This document shows positions 17,782 through 27,769 of a stretch of DNA of 58,236 nucleotides, piece after piece. The DNA is from a virus (taxonomy: Duplodnaviria; Caudoviricetes). The notes under the pieces are model-generated. The model ran no database searches and was not told the DNA's origin. It saw only the letters and a list, made by a program, of their open reading frames with translations. The position numbers and the translations under genes were made by a program. Location of the stretch: positions 1-58,236 of the IMG/VR virus record IMGVR_UViG_3300024344_000011; one strand, written 5' to 3'. Position 1 is the stretch's first letter. The number at the start of each line of letters is the position of its first letter.

Positions 17782-17982
17782 ATGATGTATGATTATGAAG
17801 CTCTTCAACACGTTTTAACTTTAGTCCGAGATAGAAAAGAAGACTTATCGGCTCAACTTGAAACTGGTGGAATAGAAAATTGGTCAATGTATCAAAATGT
17901 AGTAGGACAGTTGCAATCCTTGGCATATATAGAATCCGAAGTCCAATCGTGGTTAAAAAGATTGGATGGAGAAGATGAATAA
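17782..17982 (+). CDS. conserved small protein preceding GroES
   Basis: GG..NW..YQ.VVG pattern; typical synteny. Confidence 0.8.
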   Translation: MMYDYEALQHVLTLVRDRKEDLSAQLETGGIENWSMYQNVVGQLQSLAYIESEVQSWLKRLDGEDE

Positions 17983-18448
17983 AAAGAAACTATTTGTACC
18001 TGATAAGTACGCAGATGAAAAAATAGAACCTATAACCGATGATATTGGTTACGAATCAGCTTTTGTAAAAGAAGAAGATAGGTTTTTAGATCCCGAAAAA
18101 TTAAATGCAAGTCTTAAAGAAAGATTACCTAATCCAACAGGCTGGAGACTTATTGTTGTTCCTTATCAAGGAAAAGCAAAAAGTGATGGAGGTATCTTTA
18201 TTCCTGACAAAGTAAGGGAGCAAGAAGCTCTTGCTACAACAGTCTGTTATGTTTTAAGCACTGGCCCTGATTGTTATAAAGATAAAACTAAATTTCCAAA
18301 CGGAAATTATTGTAAAGAAGGTGATTGGGTGCTTATTGCTCGATACGCCGGGACAAGAGTTAAGCTTGAAGATTTTGAAGTTAGAATTTTAAATGATGAT
18401 GAAATTCTCGCAACTGTCTTAGAGCCTAGTGATGTAAAAACTTTTTAG
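17966..18448 (+). CDS. groES: co-chaperonin GroES-like
   Basis: PTGWRLIV, SDGGIFIPD mobile loop, GDWVLIARYAG, ILNDDEILA. Confidence 0.9.
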   Translation: MEKMNKKKLFVPDKYADEKIEPITDDIGYESAFVKEEDRFLDPEKLNASLKERLPNPTGWRLIVVPYQGKAKSDGGIFIPDKVREQEALATTVCYVLSTGPDCYKDKTKFPNGNYCKEGDWVLIARYAGTRVKLEDFEVRILNDDEILATVLEPSDVKTF

Positions 18449-18457
18449 GAGAAAAAA

Positions 18458-19399
18458 ATGGAAGAAGAAAATAATTTAAACGAAGAAACGGAAGTGGCAT
18501 TACCTCCTCAAGAAGAGGAAACAAATGATGTAGAATTACCTGCTCCACCAGAAAACGAATCAGTTGTAGAAGAAACTGCTGAAGCTTCGGAAAATGTAGA
18601 ACAAGAAATTACTGAAGAAGAGTTACAACAAAAGAAAAATAAAACTCAAGACAGAATTAATGCTCTAACAAGAAAAAGAAGAGAAGCAGAAGAAAGAGAA
18701 GCAGCAGCTTTAGAATATGTAGAGGTACTTCATAAAAAAGTTACCGACCTTGAAAGTAAAAACAAAAAAATTGATGTAGGGTTTACTAATGAATTTGAAT
18801 CAAGAGTAGCTTCTGAAGAAGACCAAGCAAGAAAAGCATTAACGGATGCTACTGAATTAAATGATCCTATAAAAATAGCTGAAGCTACTTCAGCATTAGC
18901 TAAGGTAGAAATTAACAAAGAAAGATTACGGGTTATGAAAAATAGGCAAACAGCTAGACCAGCTGAACAGCCTCTTGCTCAAACTCCACAACAAAATGCT
19001 GCCCCGCAACCGCAACCCAAACCTGATCCCAAAGCAGAAAGCTGGGCAGCAACCAATACTTGGTTTGGAAACGACAGAAAATTAACTGCTGTAGCTATGG
19101 ATATTCATACAGAGTTAATTGATGAAGGTTTTGATGGTTCTACAGATGGATATTATGAAGAATTAAATAAAAGAATAAATCCGTGGTTAGGAACAGCAGG
19201 GGTGAAAACACCTGATGTAACAGGAGAAGAAACAGAGATTAAGAGAGGTTCTTCTCCTGTAGCCCCGGTTAATTCAGGAAGATCGGTTGCAAAAAAACCA
19301 AAATCTGTTAGATTAACTAAGTCTCAGGTAGATATTGCTAAAAGACTTGGTATACCGAAAGAAGAATATGCAAAAGAATTAGTAAAACTACGAGGATAA
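18458..19399 (+). CDS. putative capsid scaffolding protein
   Basis: Acidic coiled coil, RINALT, NTWFG, C-terminal IAKRLGI..EEYAK. Confidence 0.75.
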   Translation: MEEENNLNEETEVALPPQEEETNDVELPAPPENESVVEETAEASENVEQEITEEELQQKKNKTQDRINALTRKRREAEEREAAALEYVEVLHKKVTDLESKNKKIDVGFTNEFESRVASEEDQARKALTDATELNDPIKIAEATSALAKVEINKERLRVMKNRQTARPAEQPLAQTPQQNAAPQPQPKPDPKAESWAATNTWFGNDRKLTAVAMDIHTELIDEGFDGSTDGYYEELNKRINPWLGTAGVKTPDVTGEETEIKRGSSPVAPVNSGRSVAKKPKSVRLTKSQVDIAKRLGIPKEEYAKELVKLRG

Positions 19400-19404
19400 T
19401 AATT

Positions 19405-19914
19405 ATGAATAAAAAAACTGAAACAAAAGAATTTACGGATGAGGTCACAGCTACTGAAGCAGCTGATAGATCTTCACGGAATAAAGAAACAAGAGAAGCT
19501 TCAACTCGCCCAGTGCAATGGCGGCCACCTAATAAATTGCACGCCCCGGATGCTCCAGACGGATTTGTTCATCGTTGGATTCGAGCGGAAATGTTAGGAC
19601 AGGAAGATAAGTCTAATGTCCATCGCCGAATGCAAGAAGGTTATGAACTTGTAAGAGCGGATGAGTATCCAGATTCTGATTTACCGGTAGCTGAAGGCAG
19701 ATACGCGGGCATTATCGGAGTTGGAGGATTGCTATTAGCTCGTTTCCCAGAAGAATTAAGGAAACAGCGACAACAATATTATAGCGATAGATCCAACCAG
19801 CAAATGGAAGCTGTTGATAATGACTGGATGAAGGACAACAATCCTTTAATGCCTAAAGACAAACCGGAAAGAAGAACACAAGTATCATTTGGTCAACCCA
19901 GAGTTGATAAATAA
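19405..19914 (+). CDS. conserved head-module protein
   Basis: W.PP..L.AP..P.G..HRWIR...GLLLAR. Confidence 0.8.
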   Translation: MNKKTETKEFTDEVTATEAADRSSRNKETREASTRPVQWRPPNKLHAPDAPDGFVHRWIRAEMLGQEDKSNVHRRMQEGYELVRADEYPDSDLPVAEGRYAGIIGVGGLLLARFPEELRKQRQQYYSDRSNQQMEAVDNDWMKDNNPLMPKDKPERRTQVSFGQPRVDK

Positions 19915-19947
19915 TTAATCAACTCTAAATTAAAAGGAGTTTAACTC

Positions 19948-20535
19948 ATGGCAAATAAAGATGCCCCTTTTGGTTTGCGTCCAATTAGAATGATCGGCGG
20001 CGGTGATTTTACAGGCGGCCAAGACAGATTTGATATAGCTAGCGGCTATACTACAAGTTTATACCAAGGAGATCTCGTAGAGCCTCTCACTAACGGTACA
20101 ATCGGTAGAAAAGCTGCTGGGGAAAACGATCCTGTTCTTGGCGTATTTAACGGCTGTAGATATACAAATCCCACAACCGGTACTCCCACTTGGGCCAATA
20201 CCTACCAACAACCGATCGCAGCAAGTGACATTTATGCATTTGTAGTTTGTGATCCTAGTGTTGTTTACGAAGTACAAGCAGATGACACATTTCCAACAAC
20301 TGATTTATTCGGCAATTTTGATATTGTTGATAATTCACCAGTTGGAGATACATCTTCTGGTATTTCACATTTAGAACTTGACGTCACGACAGGCAATACC
20401 ACTGCTACTCTTCCTTTGAAAGCCATTGGCATTTCAACGGATGCAGATAACAGTGACACAGCGTCTGCTAACACCAACGTGGTCGTTACTATTAACAATT
20501 CAGTGTTTTCTGGTGGCACTGACGGTCTAGCATAG
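19948..20535 (+). CDS. putative capsid decoration/cement protein
   Basis: MANKDAPFGLRP N-terminus; immediately upstream of MCP. Confidence 0.7.
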   Translation: MANKDAPFGLRPIRMIGGGDFTGGQDRFDIASGYTTSLYQGDLVEPLTNGTIGRKAAGENDPVLGVFNGCRYTNPTTGTPTWANTYQQPIAASDIYAFVVCDPSVVYEVQADDTFPTTDLFGNFDIVDNSPVGDTSSGISHLELDVTTGNTTATLPLKAIGISTDADNSDTASANTNVVVTINNSVFSGGTDGLA

Positions 20536-20544
20536 GAGGTTAAC

Positions 20545-21453
20545 ATGGCTATATCACGCGCACAACTCGCAAAAGAACTAGAACCAGGCCTCAACGCTTT
20601 ATTTGGACTTGAATATGCTAAATACGGTGACGAATCTCAAGAGATTTTTGAAACAGAATCTTCTGACAGAGCATTTGAAGAAGAAGTAATGCTCGTTGGA
20701 TTCGGTAATGCTGCAGAAAAAGCAGAAGGCGCAGGCGTACAATACGACTCAGCTTCAGAAGCTTATACTTCTCGTTATACACATGAGACAATTGCTCTTG
20801 CATTTGCTCTAACGGAAGAAGCTGTTGAAGATAATTTGTATGATCGTCTAGCAACTCGCTATACTAAAGCATTAGCTAGGTCAATGAATCACACTAAACA
20901 AGTTAAGGCAGCTAATGTTCTAAACAATGGTTTTAACAATAACTTCACTGGTGGTGACGGGGTTGAGCTTTTCTCAACTGCACATCCACTAGCATATGGA
21001 GGAACATTTGCTAACGAACCTACTACAGATGCCGATTTAAATGAAGCTTCTCTAGAAAATGCACTAATTGATATTAGTAATTTTGTAGACGAAAGAAATT
21101 TAATCGTTGCCCTTAACGGAAGAAAACTTGTTGTTCCGTCACAACTAAGATTTGTTGCTGACAGAATACTTGAATCTACTCTTAGAGTAGGTACTGCTGA
21201 TAACGATATTAACGCTATCAGAAATACAAGTGCTGTTCCTGAAGGATATGTAGTGAATCACTTCTTAACTGATCCTGACGCATGGTTTGTATTAACCGAT
21301 GCTCCTAATGGTCTGAAACACTTTGAAAGAAGCCCATTAAGAACAGCAATGGAAGGTGACTTCAACACAGGAAATATGAGATACAAAGCAAGAGAAAGAT
21401 ACAGCTTTGGATGGTCTGATCCTAGAGGAATTTATGGTTCAAAAGGCGCTTAG
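20545..21453 (+). CDS. major capsid protein
   Basis: MAISRAQLAKELEPGLNALFGLEY...KARERYSFGWSDPRG; strong RBS; terminator follows. Confidence 0.9.
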   Translation: MAISRAQLAKELEPGLNALFGLEYAKYGDESQEIFETESSDRAFEEEVMLVGFGNAAEKAEGAGVQYDSASEAYTSRYTHETIALAFALTEEAVEDNLYDRLATRYTKALARSMNHTKQVKAANVLNNGFNNNFTGGDGVELFSTAHPLAYGGTFANEPTTDADLNEASLENALIDISNFVDERNLIVALNGRKLVVPSQLRFVADRILESTLRVGTADNDINAIRNTSAVPEGYVVNHFLTDPDAWFVLTDAPNGLKHFERSPLRTAMEGDFNTGNMRYKARERYSFGWSDPRGIYGSKGA

Positions 21454-21472
21454 TCTTTTTTAGATTTCTGAG

Positions 21473-21503
21473 AAAAGGGTAGATTCTGTCTACCCTTTTT
21501 TTT
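21473..21503 (+). terminator. rho-independent (possibly bidirectional) terminator
   Basis: AAAAGGGTAGA-TTCTG-TCTACCC followed by T8. Confidence 0.9.
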
Positions 21504-21508
21504 GCCTA

Positions 21509-21537
21509 TTGCATTCTCCGGGAAACTTTTATATTAT
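21509..21537 (+). promoter_or_regulatory. sigma70-like promoter
   Basis: TTGCAT-17-TATTAT directly after the MCP terminator. Confidence 0.6.
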
Positions 21538-21596
21538 GAAGAATCTTTGACGAACATGGTGTTCGACAGGCTACTCAACTGACAAGGAGAAAAACA

Positions 21597-22052
21597 ATGG
21601 GTACAACAACTTTTAGTGGGCCAATTAAAGCAGGCCCAATCTCAAACACTACTGGAACAACAGTTGGCACTGATGTTGCTGATGTAGGCTATGTAACTAT
21701 GGCTCAATCAGCAGTTCCAAATATTACTGGTGCAAGTCAACTTAATCAAAGAATGGCAGTTATACCTGCTAATTCACAGATTATTGATGTTATCTTAAAT
21801 GTAACAACAGCTGGTGATGATACTGGAGCCGCTACTATTTCTGTAGGAACTGCAGCAGATGCAGATGCTTTTTTAAACGGCATAAACACTAAAGCAGTGG
21901 GAACAACACATGGAACTTTAGATACTGAAGCTACTAATGTTGGAACAACTGATTTAGAGGTTCTTGCTGACTTTACTGGAGCAACTGGAGATGGAACAGC
22001 TGGTGTTGCTACTGTTACAGTTCTATACGCTCAGAACAATAATTTATCATAG
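21597..22052 (+). CDS. virion structural protein
   Basis: MGTTTFSGPIKAG; IPANSQI; beta-rich. Confidence 0.8.
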   Translation: MGTTTFSGPIKAGPISNTTGTTVGTDVADVGYVTMAQSAVPNITGASQLNQRMAVIPANSQIIDVILNVTTAGDDTGAATISVGTAADADAFLNGINTKAVGTTHGTLDTEATNVGTTDLEVLADFTGATGDGTAGVATVTVLYAQNNNLS

Positions 22053-22061
22053 GAGGCTTAA

Positions 22062-22388
22062 ATGGCTGGCCCAGTTAGTGTCGCAAATTTAGGAGCTAAT
22101 GCTACTGAAACTATCATTAATCCACAGTCTGCAAACCCTGCTGTAAATTATGCAAGTACAATTGCATATTTTAAAGGGATTGATTTTTCTGCAGGCGCTG
22201 GAGGAGAAGGTACAGTTAATATTCAAACACAAGTAAATGGATCTTGGGCAACACAGACAACATATTCTGTTAGCGCTAATAACAATGATTCTGTTTATAT
22301 TCCAGGTGACATGGGAGTTCGTTTAAAAGACGGACTGCGAGTTACTACTGATGCGAATATTGACAACGCTCAAATATATTACACGTAA
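22062..22388 (+). CDS. virion structural protein
   Basis: beta-rich, IP...GVR.KDG; AGGAGG RBS. Confidence 0.75.
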   Translation: MAGPVSVANLGANATETIINPQSANPAVNYASTIAYFKGIDFSAGAGGEGTVNIQTQVNGSWATQTTYSVSANNNDSVYIPGDMGVRLKDGLRVTTDANIDNAQIYYT

Positions 22389-22400
22389 TAAGGAGTTAAG

Positions 22401-22637
22401 ATGGAAATGGACTTACTATGGAATGTTGGTTTAACCATCTTAATTGCTCCTGGCACTTATGCTATTGCTAATTTATTTGTTCGGATGAATAAAGCACAGC
22501 AAGATATAAATGATTTTAAAGTAGAAGTAGCTAAAGAATATGTTTCTAAAGAAGATTATCAAGATAGCTTAGAGCAAGTTCTAAGAAGGTTTGATAAAAT
22601 AGAATCTAAAATTGATAGGATTATTGAAAGTGGCTAG
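22401..22637 (+). CDS. TM plus coiled-coil small protein
   Basis: EVAKEYVSKED...RFDKIESKID. Confidence 0.8.
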   Translation: MEMDLLWNVGLTILIAPGTYAIANLFVRMNKAQQDINDFKVEVAKEYVSKEDYQDSLEQVLRRFDKIESKIDRIIESG

Positions 22638-22767
22638 TGGTCGTTCTCAGTTTGGTACTTTAACTAAAAGATCTTTTTATAGTAAAGGCGGTAAAGTAAG
22701 AAAAAAAAAGAATAAAGGATGTGGTAAAATTATGTCCTCTAGAAGAAAGGCAACAAGGTATAGTTAA
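22630..22767 (+). CDS. basic 45-aa protein with YSKGG motif (not in ORF track)
   Basis: GTG start; ...FYSKGGKV...GCGKIMSSRRKATRYS*; TAATG coupled. Confidence 0.7.
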   Translation: MASGRSQFGTLTKRSFYSKGGKVRKKKNKGCGKIMSSRRKATRYS

Positions 22768-23447
22768 TGACATTAAGTAACTCTAAAAACTTTGAATTAA
22801 ATGTAACAGATTACATTGAGGAAGCTTATGAAAGATGTGGTTTAGAGTTACGAACAGGCTATGATTTAGAAACAGCTAAAAGATCTATGAATTTACTTTT
22901 GGCTGATTGGGCTAACAGAGGTCTTAATCAATGGACTATTCAACAAACGATTACTACAGTAAGTGAAGGAGTAAATTATATTTCTCCAGGAACTGATACT
23001 ATTGATGTACTAGACGCTGTTTTAAGACGAAATGAAAATGGTACAGATACAGATATGTCTTTAGGAATGGTAAGCCGTGCAGAATTTTTAAACATTCCTG
23101 ATAAGTCTAATAAAGCTAGACCAACTCAATATTTTTTAGACAAACAAATTGATCCTAAAATATATTTATGGCCTACTCCAGATAACAGTACAGATAAAAT
23201 AGTTTATAATAGATTAGTAAGAATGGATGACGCTGATGCGCCAAATAATACTTTACAAATGCCTTTTAGGTTCTATCCATGTTTAGCAAGTGGGTTAGCT
23301 TATATGCTATCTGTTAAAAAAGCTCCTGAAAGAATGGAAATATTAAAAGCTGCATATGAAGATGATATGCGAAGAGCTATTGATCAAGATGAACCTCGGT
23401 CATCCTTTAGAATAGCTCCCGATATGAGGAGTTACAGGGTAAGATAA
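22767..23447 (+). CDS. head-tail adaptor/connector protein
   Basis: IEEAYERCG, WANRGLN.W, RP.QY, LWPTPD, RFYPCL. Confidence 0.8.
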   Translation: MTLSNSKNFELNVTDYIEEAYERCGLELRTGYDLETAKRSMNLLLADWANRGLNQWTIQQTITTVSEGVNYISPGTDTIDVLDAVLRRNENGTDTDMSLGMVSRAEFLNIPDKSNKARPTQYFLDKQIDPKIYLWPTPDNSTDKIVYNRLVRMDDADAPNNTLQMPFRFYPCLASGLAYMLSVKKAPERMEILKAAYEDDMRRAIDQDEPRSSFRIAPDMRSYRVR

Positions 23448-23776
23448 TGAATTACGCTCTTGGAAAATTTGCAATTGCTATATGTGATATTTGTGGTCAA
23501 AGGTACAAATTACACGAGTTAAAAAAACAATGGAATGGTTGGAAAGCCTGTCATGAATGTTATGATCCAAAACAACCACAATTAGAGATACCTACAAATA
23601 CTGTAGATCCCCAAGCATTATATGAACCAAGACCTAGTATTGATGTAGAGGCTGGTGAAGGTGTGGTAAGAACAGAAAATCCTGGATTTGTTAATTCAAA
23701 AGAAGATTTAATTGGTCATGCTTTTAGAACTAATTCTTTGAATGGACAATTAGGTAGTATAACGGTGGTAGTATAA
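23447..23776 (+). CDS. Zn-binding neck-module protein
   Basis: CDICG...CHECYDPKQPQL. Confidence 0.8.
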   Translation: MNYALGKFAIAICDICGQRYKLHELKKQWNGWKACHECYDPKQPQLEIPTNTVDPQALYEPRPSIDVEAGEGVVRTENPGFVNSKEDLIGHAFRTNSLNGQLGSITVVV

Positions 23777-24423
23777 TGGCATACACATACACAACATTAA
23801 AAACAGCTATACAAGATTTTGTAGAAGATTCAGGAACAACCTTTGTTGCTAATTTAGATAATTTTATACAAAATGCTGAACAAAGAATATTTAGCGAATC
23901 AGATTTACCATTAGATAGAAAAAATTCTACGGGTAATACCACAGCTAACAATAAATATCTTTCTAGTCCTGATGATTTTTTATCTACCTATAGTTTAAGT
24001 ATTGTTTCTAGTGGAACACATCATTTTCTTTTAAACAAAGATGTTAATTTTTTACAAACATTTGATCCCGATCCTGACACCACACGAGGAATGCCTAAAT
24101 ATTATTCTTTATGGGATGAAAATACTTTTATACTTTCACCCACCCCGGATCAATCATATGAAGTAGAATTGCATTATTATTACAAGCCTGTTTCCATAAC
24201 TACATCTACAGATGGAACATCTTGGTTTGGTACTAATGCTCAAAACGCATTATTATATGGATCATTAGTTGAGGCTTACACATTTTTAAAAGGTGAGCCG
24301 GATTTAATAAAACTATATAATGATCGCTATATGGAAGCGCTGTCTAGGGTAAAAAATCTTGGAGAGGGGCGTAATCGTACAGATGAATACCGTTCAACAA
24401 TAATAAGACAAAAGGTGACTTAA
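23776..24423 (+). CDS. head-tail adaptor-like protein
   Basis: YTTLKTAIQD, G.PKYY, PTPD, LLYGSLVEA. Confidence 0.8.
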   Translation: MAYTYTTLKTAIQDFVEDSGTTFVANLDNFIQNAEQRIFSESDLPLDRKNSTGNTTANNKYLSSPDDFLSTYSLSIVSSGTHHFLLNKDVNFLQTFDPDPDTTRGMPKYYSLWDENTFILSPTPDQSYEVELHYYYKPVSITTSTDGTSWFGTNAQNALLYGSLVEAYTFLKGEPDLIKLYNDRYMEALSRVKNLGEGRNRTDEYRSTIIRQKVT

Positions 24424-24424
24424 A

Positions 24425-24721
24425 ATGACTATGTTTACAGCAGAAGTAAAAATGAATACTGGAGATGTTAATGTTATAACAACGCAAAATAGAGGAATGA
24501 CTCCAGAAGAAGTAGCTAAATTAGCTATGGATAGAATAATTTATGTTAGTGGCGATGCGCCCGATGGTATTAAAGAACAAATTAATACTTACAAAGAAAA
24601 GCTTTTTCATGTATTAGTTATATATATGACTCAAGCGGTTCAAAGTGATCGCACTAATGTAATAAACCTTCTTGAAAAAGAAGGACATAATTCGTTAGCT
24701 GAATCAATAAGGAGAATGTAA
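24425..24721 (+). CDS. conserved hypothetical protein
   Basis: TTQNRG.TPEE...A.QSDR. Confidence 0.75.
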   Translation: MTMFTAEVKMNTGDVNVITTQNRGMTPEEVAKLAMDRIIYVSGDAPDGIKEQINTYKEKLFHVLVIYMTQAVQSDRTNVINLLEKEGHNSLAESIRRM

Positions 24722-25182
24722 TGGCAATAACGCAAGCAATGTGTAGCAGTTTTAAACAAGAATTGTTGCAAGGTCTTCACAACTTTACTAACGGAAGTGG
24801 TGGTGGAACTACGACTAGCACTGGTACCGGGAACACATATTATGTGGCTCTCTATACTAATAGTGCTTCTCTAGACGCTACTACAACCGCATATGCATCA
24901 GGTAATGAGGCAACTGGAACAGCTTATTCGGCTGGCGGTCAGTCTCTAACTAATGTAACGCCATCACTATCTGGAACAACAGCCCTAACAGACTTTGCAG
25001 ATGTAACTTGGTCTTCTAGCTCTATTACTGCTAGAGGAGCATTAATTTACAACTATAGTCTTGCTGGAAACAATGCTGTATGTGTTTTAGATTTTGGTAG
25101 TGATAAAACAAGTTCTGCTGGAGATTTTACAATTCAATTCCCAGCTGCTGACGCAACAAACGCTATTATTAGAATAGCTTAG
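24721..25182 (+). CDS. tail/virion structural protein
   Basis: SFKQELLQG.H.F...ALY...ITARGALIYN...DFGSDK. Confidence 0.8.
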   Translation: MAITQAMCSSFKQELLQGLHNFTNGSGGGTTTSTGTGNTYYVALYTNSASLDATTTAYASGNEATGTAYSAGGQSLTNVTPSLSGTTALTDFADVTWSSSSITARGALIYNYSLAGNNAVCVLDFGSDKTSSAGDFTIQFPAADATNAIIRIA

Positions 25183-25200
25183 ATTTAAAAAGGTAGGTTT

Positions 25201-26841
25201 ATGGCCCTGAAATTCTATGATAGAACCAAGGAAGAAGCTACCACAACAGGCACGGGAACATTCTCGTTATCTGGAACTGGAGCTGATGGAGGTTTTAGAG
25301 CCTTTTCAGCCGTTCATGCAACGGGTGATGAGGTCTTCTATTGCGCTGTTGATTCTTCCAATAATGCTTTTGAGGTAGGTAAAGGAACTTTAACTACTGG
25401 TACTCCTTGGACTTTATCTAGAACAGAAATTAAATCTTCTTCTAACTCTAACAACAAAGTCAATTTTGCCTCTGCTCCTGAAATATTTTCTACATACCCG
25501 GCTGAAAATGCAGCTTTTTCTGCTACGGATATGCCTAATAATGTTGTGGAAACAGACGCTATATTTACTGACACGTTGACAGCGGATAAAGCTCTTTCTG
25601 GACAATTTAAAGGAACATTACAATTTAACAAAGCCTACTTTACTTCATCTAACTATGAGGTAACAAGTGGCAATACTTTAACTGTTGTAGATAGTGCTGA
25701 TCTTTATGCTGTAGATATTTCTAATTCAACCATTATGGACAGAACAGCTGATTTTACTTCAGATACAACCATTACAGCTGATACTATGTTTTCACCAGTA
25801 ATAAATGCTTATGCTACGGTTACTATAAATAACGGAATAAAAGCAACTGTTTCTCCTGTTGGCACAACATTTGTAAATAATGGCGATGGTATATCAACAG
25901 GAGGGCCAATATCATGGAAACTTCCAACATCCGATGGCACCCCTAATACCGAAATTGTAACAGACGGAGTTGGAGGATTAAAACTTAAAGGCGCATCAAG
26001 TGGAGGAGCAGCAGCAACTCCCACACCTACAGAAGAAAGATTGGTTAAGGTTTGGGATTACAATAATTATACACCGTCTACTCCACTACATGGTTTTGAA
26101 TGTATGATTCCCACATCACTAGCAGCAAGTCCTAACGAAATAGAAAGTTTTCATTGGAAATTGAAATTTGTTAATTTTGGTAGCACTAATAATACTACTA
26201 ATAATTATAATAATATGTTGTGTTATATAGCCCCGCTTTCCACAGCCGGTGGAAGTCCTATATTAGAAAGCACGAGCGCTAATTATTATGGATATATGTA
26301 TTATAGAAACAGTAACAACACAACATGGATTCAAAGTTATAGTCGACCAAGCGCAAAAGATGTAACTCATAGTTATTCAAATGGTAGTTATGCGTGTAAT
26401 GATTATGGTTTAAATGTTTGGGGGTATAATAATAATCCGCAAATAAGTTCTTGGGGTAATACTAGTTATTATGGCCCTAGTATTGAAAATAATCCATTTA
26501 GCTCAACAAACTATACTAATCAGAGAACAAATTTAAATGGCAGTATTAGAATACAAAACACCATAATGAGTCCTGATTGTGATTGGCAATTAACTTGGTC
26601 AAGTTATCAAAGCGCTTACTCTCACCAAGCTGGACAAGCATGGGGAGCTATGATGAATCAGCCCAATAATAGTAATACTCTGAATAAAGTTACAACTAAT
26701 CATGCTCAAGGTATTAAATTGTGGTTTTTACCGAATGATGTAAATGACTTAAGTGGCACTAATATAACTGGTGTAGTAAGTGGTAGAATAGAATGTTGGA
26801 TAACATTAAAACAAGGAGCAGCTGAATTAGCAGTAGCTTAA
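25201..26841 (+). CDS. tail fibre/spike protein
   Basis: DRTKE..TTTGTG...FEVG.G...LSR anchor domain; N/Y/S-rich C-terminus. Confidence 0.75.
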   Translation: MALKFYDRTKEEATTTGTGTFSLSGTGADGGFRAFSAVHATGDEVFYCAVDSSNNAFEVGKGTLTTGTPWTLSRTEIKSSSNSNNKVNFASAPEIFSTYPAENAAFSATDMPNNVVETDAIFTDTLTADKALSGQFKGTLQFNKAYFTSSNYEVTSGNTLTVVDSADLYAVDISNSTIMDRTADFTSDTTITADTMFSPVINAYATVTINNGIKATVSPVGTTFVNNGDGISTGGPISWKLPTSDGTPNTEIVTDGVGGLKLKGASSGGAAATPTPTEERLVKVWDYNNYTPSTPLHGFECMIPTSLAASPNEIESFHWKLKFVNFGSTNNTTNNYNNMLCYIAPLSTAGGSPILESTSANYYGYMYYRNSNNTTWIQSYSRPSAKDVTHSYSNGSYACNDYGLNVWGYNNNPQISSWGNTSYYGPSIENNPFSSTNYTNQRTNLNGSIRIQNTIMSPDCDWQLTWSSYQSAYSHQAGQAWGAMMNQPNNSNTLNKVTTNHAQGIKLWFLPNDVNDLSGTNITGVVSGRIECWITLKQGAAELAVA

Positions 26842-26888
26842 TGAGAAGAATTGCAAACAAATTAAATATATAGTAAAAAGGTAATATT

Positions 26889-27761
26889 ATGGCATCGTTA
26901 ATAAAAACAAATAAGATAAGTACACCAGGTGGAGAAGATTTTACTCTTCCGACTACCTATCCCGCTTCCAAATCTACACTGCAATCTACTAGCAGTGGGG
27001 TTTGGCAATACAAAACAGGCGGTGTTTCTACTGATAAAATGGGTTCAGGCAGTACACCAGCTGTTATTGGTGAAAGATTTTGCGATAAGGTAAGGGTAAA
27101 TAATACTGTCTCTACACCTTCAACCGTTAACCTAAGTTTGACACCTGATAATACGAGTGATGTTGATAATATTGCTTGGTCAAAATTAGAATTTGCGGGA
27201 GTGTGTTTTGATAATAATTCAGGTAATGATTATTCTCATCCTACTATTAAATTAAAAGATTCTAGTGGCACTGCTATTCTTGATAGTAATTTTAAACAAT
27301 CCTATAAAAAACGAGACTCTTATAATGGAGGTAATGGATCTTATGTAAATAACAATGCCAATGCGAGTTCTAACGGCTTTAAGTTGAATTATAGTTATAG
27401 CATAGCCTCTGGAAGTTTAAGCAGCGATGAAGGATTTACAAAAACTGCTGGGTGGACAGGAGCTGGATTGCTTAGTGGTATAGTTTATATTTATTGCTTA
27501 ACTCCTGCTCAAAACAGTGCAGGTGGAGATATAACTAGAAAAGGTATGATGAGAATGATTTCTCAAATATCATACAGAAATGATCGAACCTTTAGTAATT
27601 ATAGTTGTTATTTTACTCAGAATTTTAGTGATTTTTATATGAACAGTAATGGACAAACATGGAATCAGGCTACTCAACTTGATTTTTATGATACGAATGG
27701 TAATAACATTAATGAGGGTTTGTTTTGGACATACTCTTTCCTTAATCCAACTAAAACATAG
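26889..27761 (+). CDS. putative receptor-binding/tail tip paralog 1
   Basis: KTNKI...TLP N-terminal motif; N/S/G/Y-rich. Confidence 0.65.
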   Translation: MASLIKTNKISTPGGEDFTLPTTYPASKSTLQSTSSGVWQYKTGGVSTDKMGSGSTPAVIGERFCDKVRVNNTVSTPSTVNLSLTPDNTSDVDNIAWSKLEFAGVCFDNNSGNDYSHPTIKLKDSSGTAILDSNFKQSYKKRDSYNGGNGSYVNNNANASSNGFKLNYSYSIASGSLSSDEGFTKTAGWTGAGLLSGIVYIYCLTPAQNSAGGDITRKGMMRMISQISYRNDRTFSNYSCYFTQNFSDFYMNSNGQTWNQATQLDFYDTNGNNINEGLFWTYSFLNPTKT

Positions 27762-27769
27762 GATATAAT

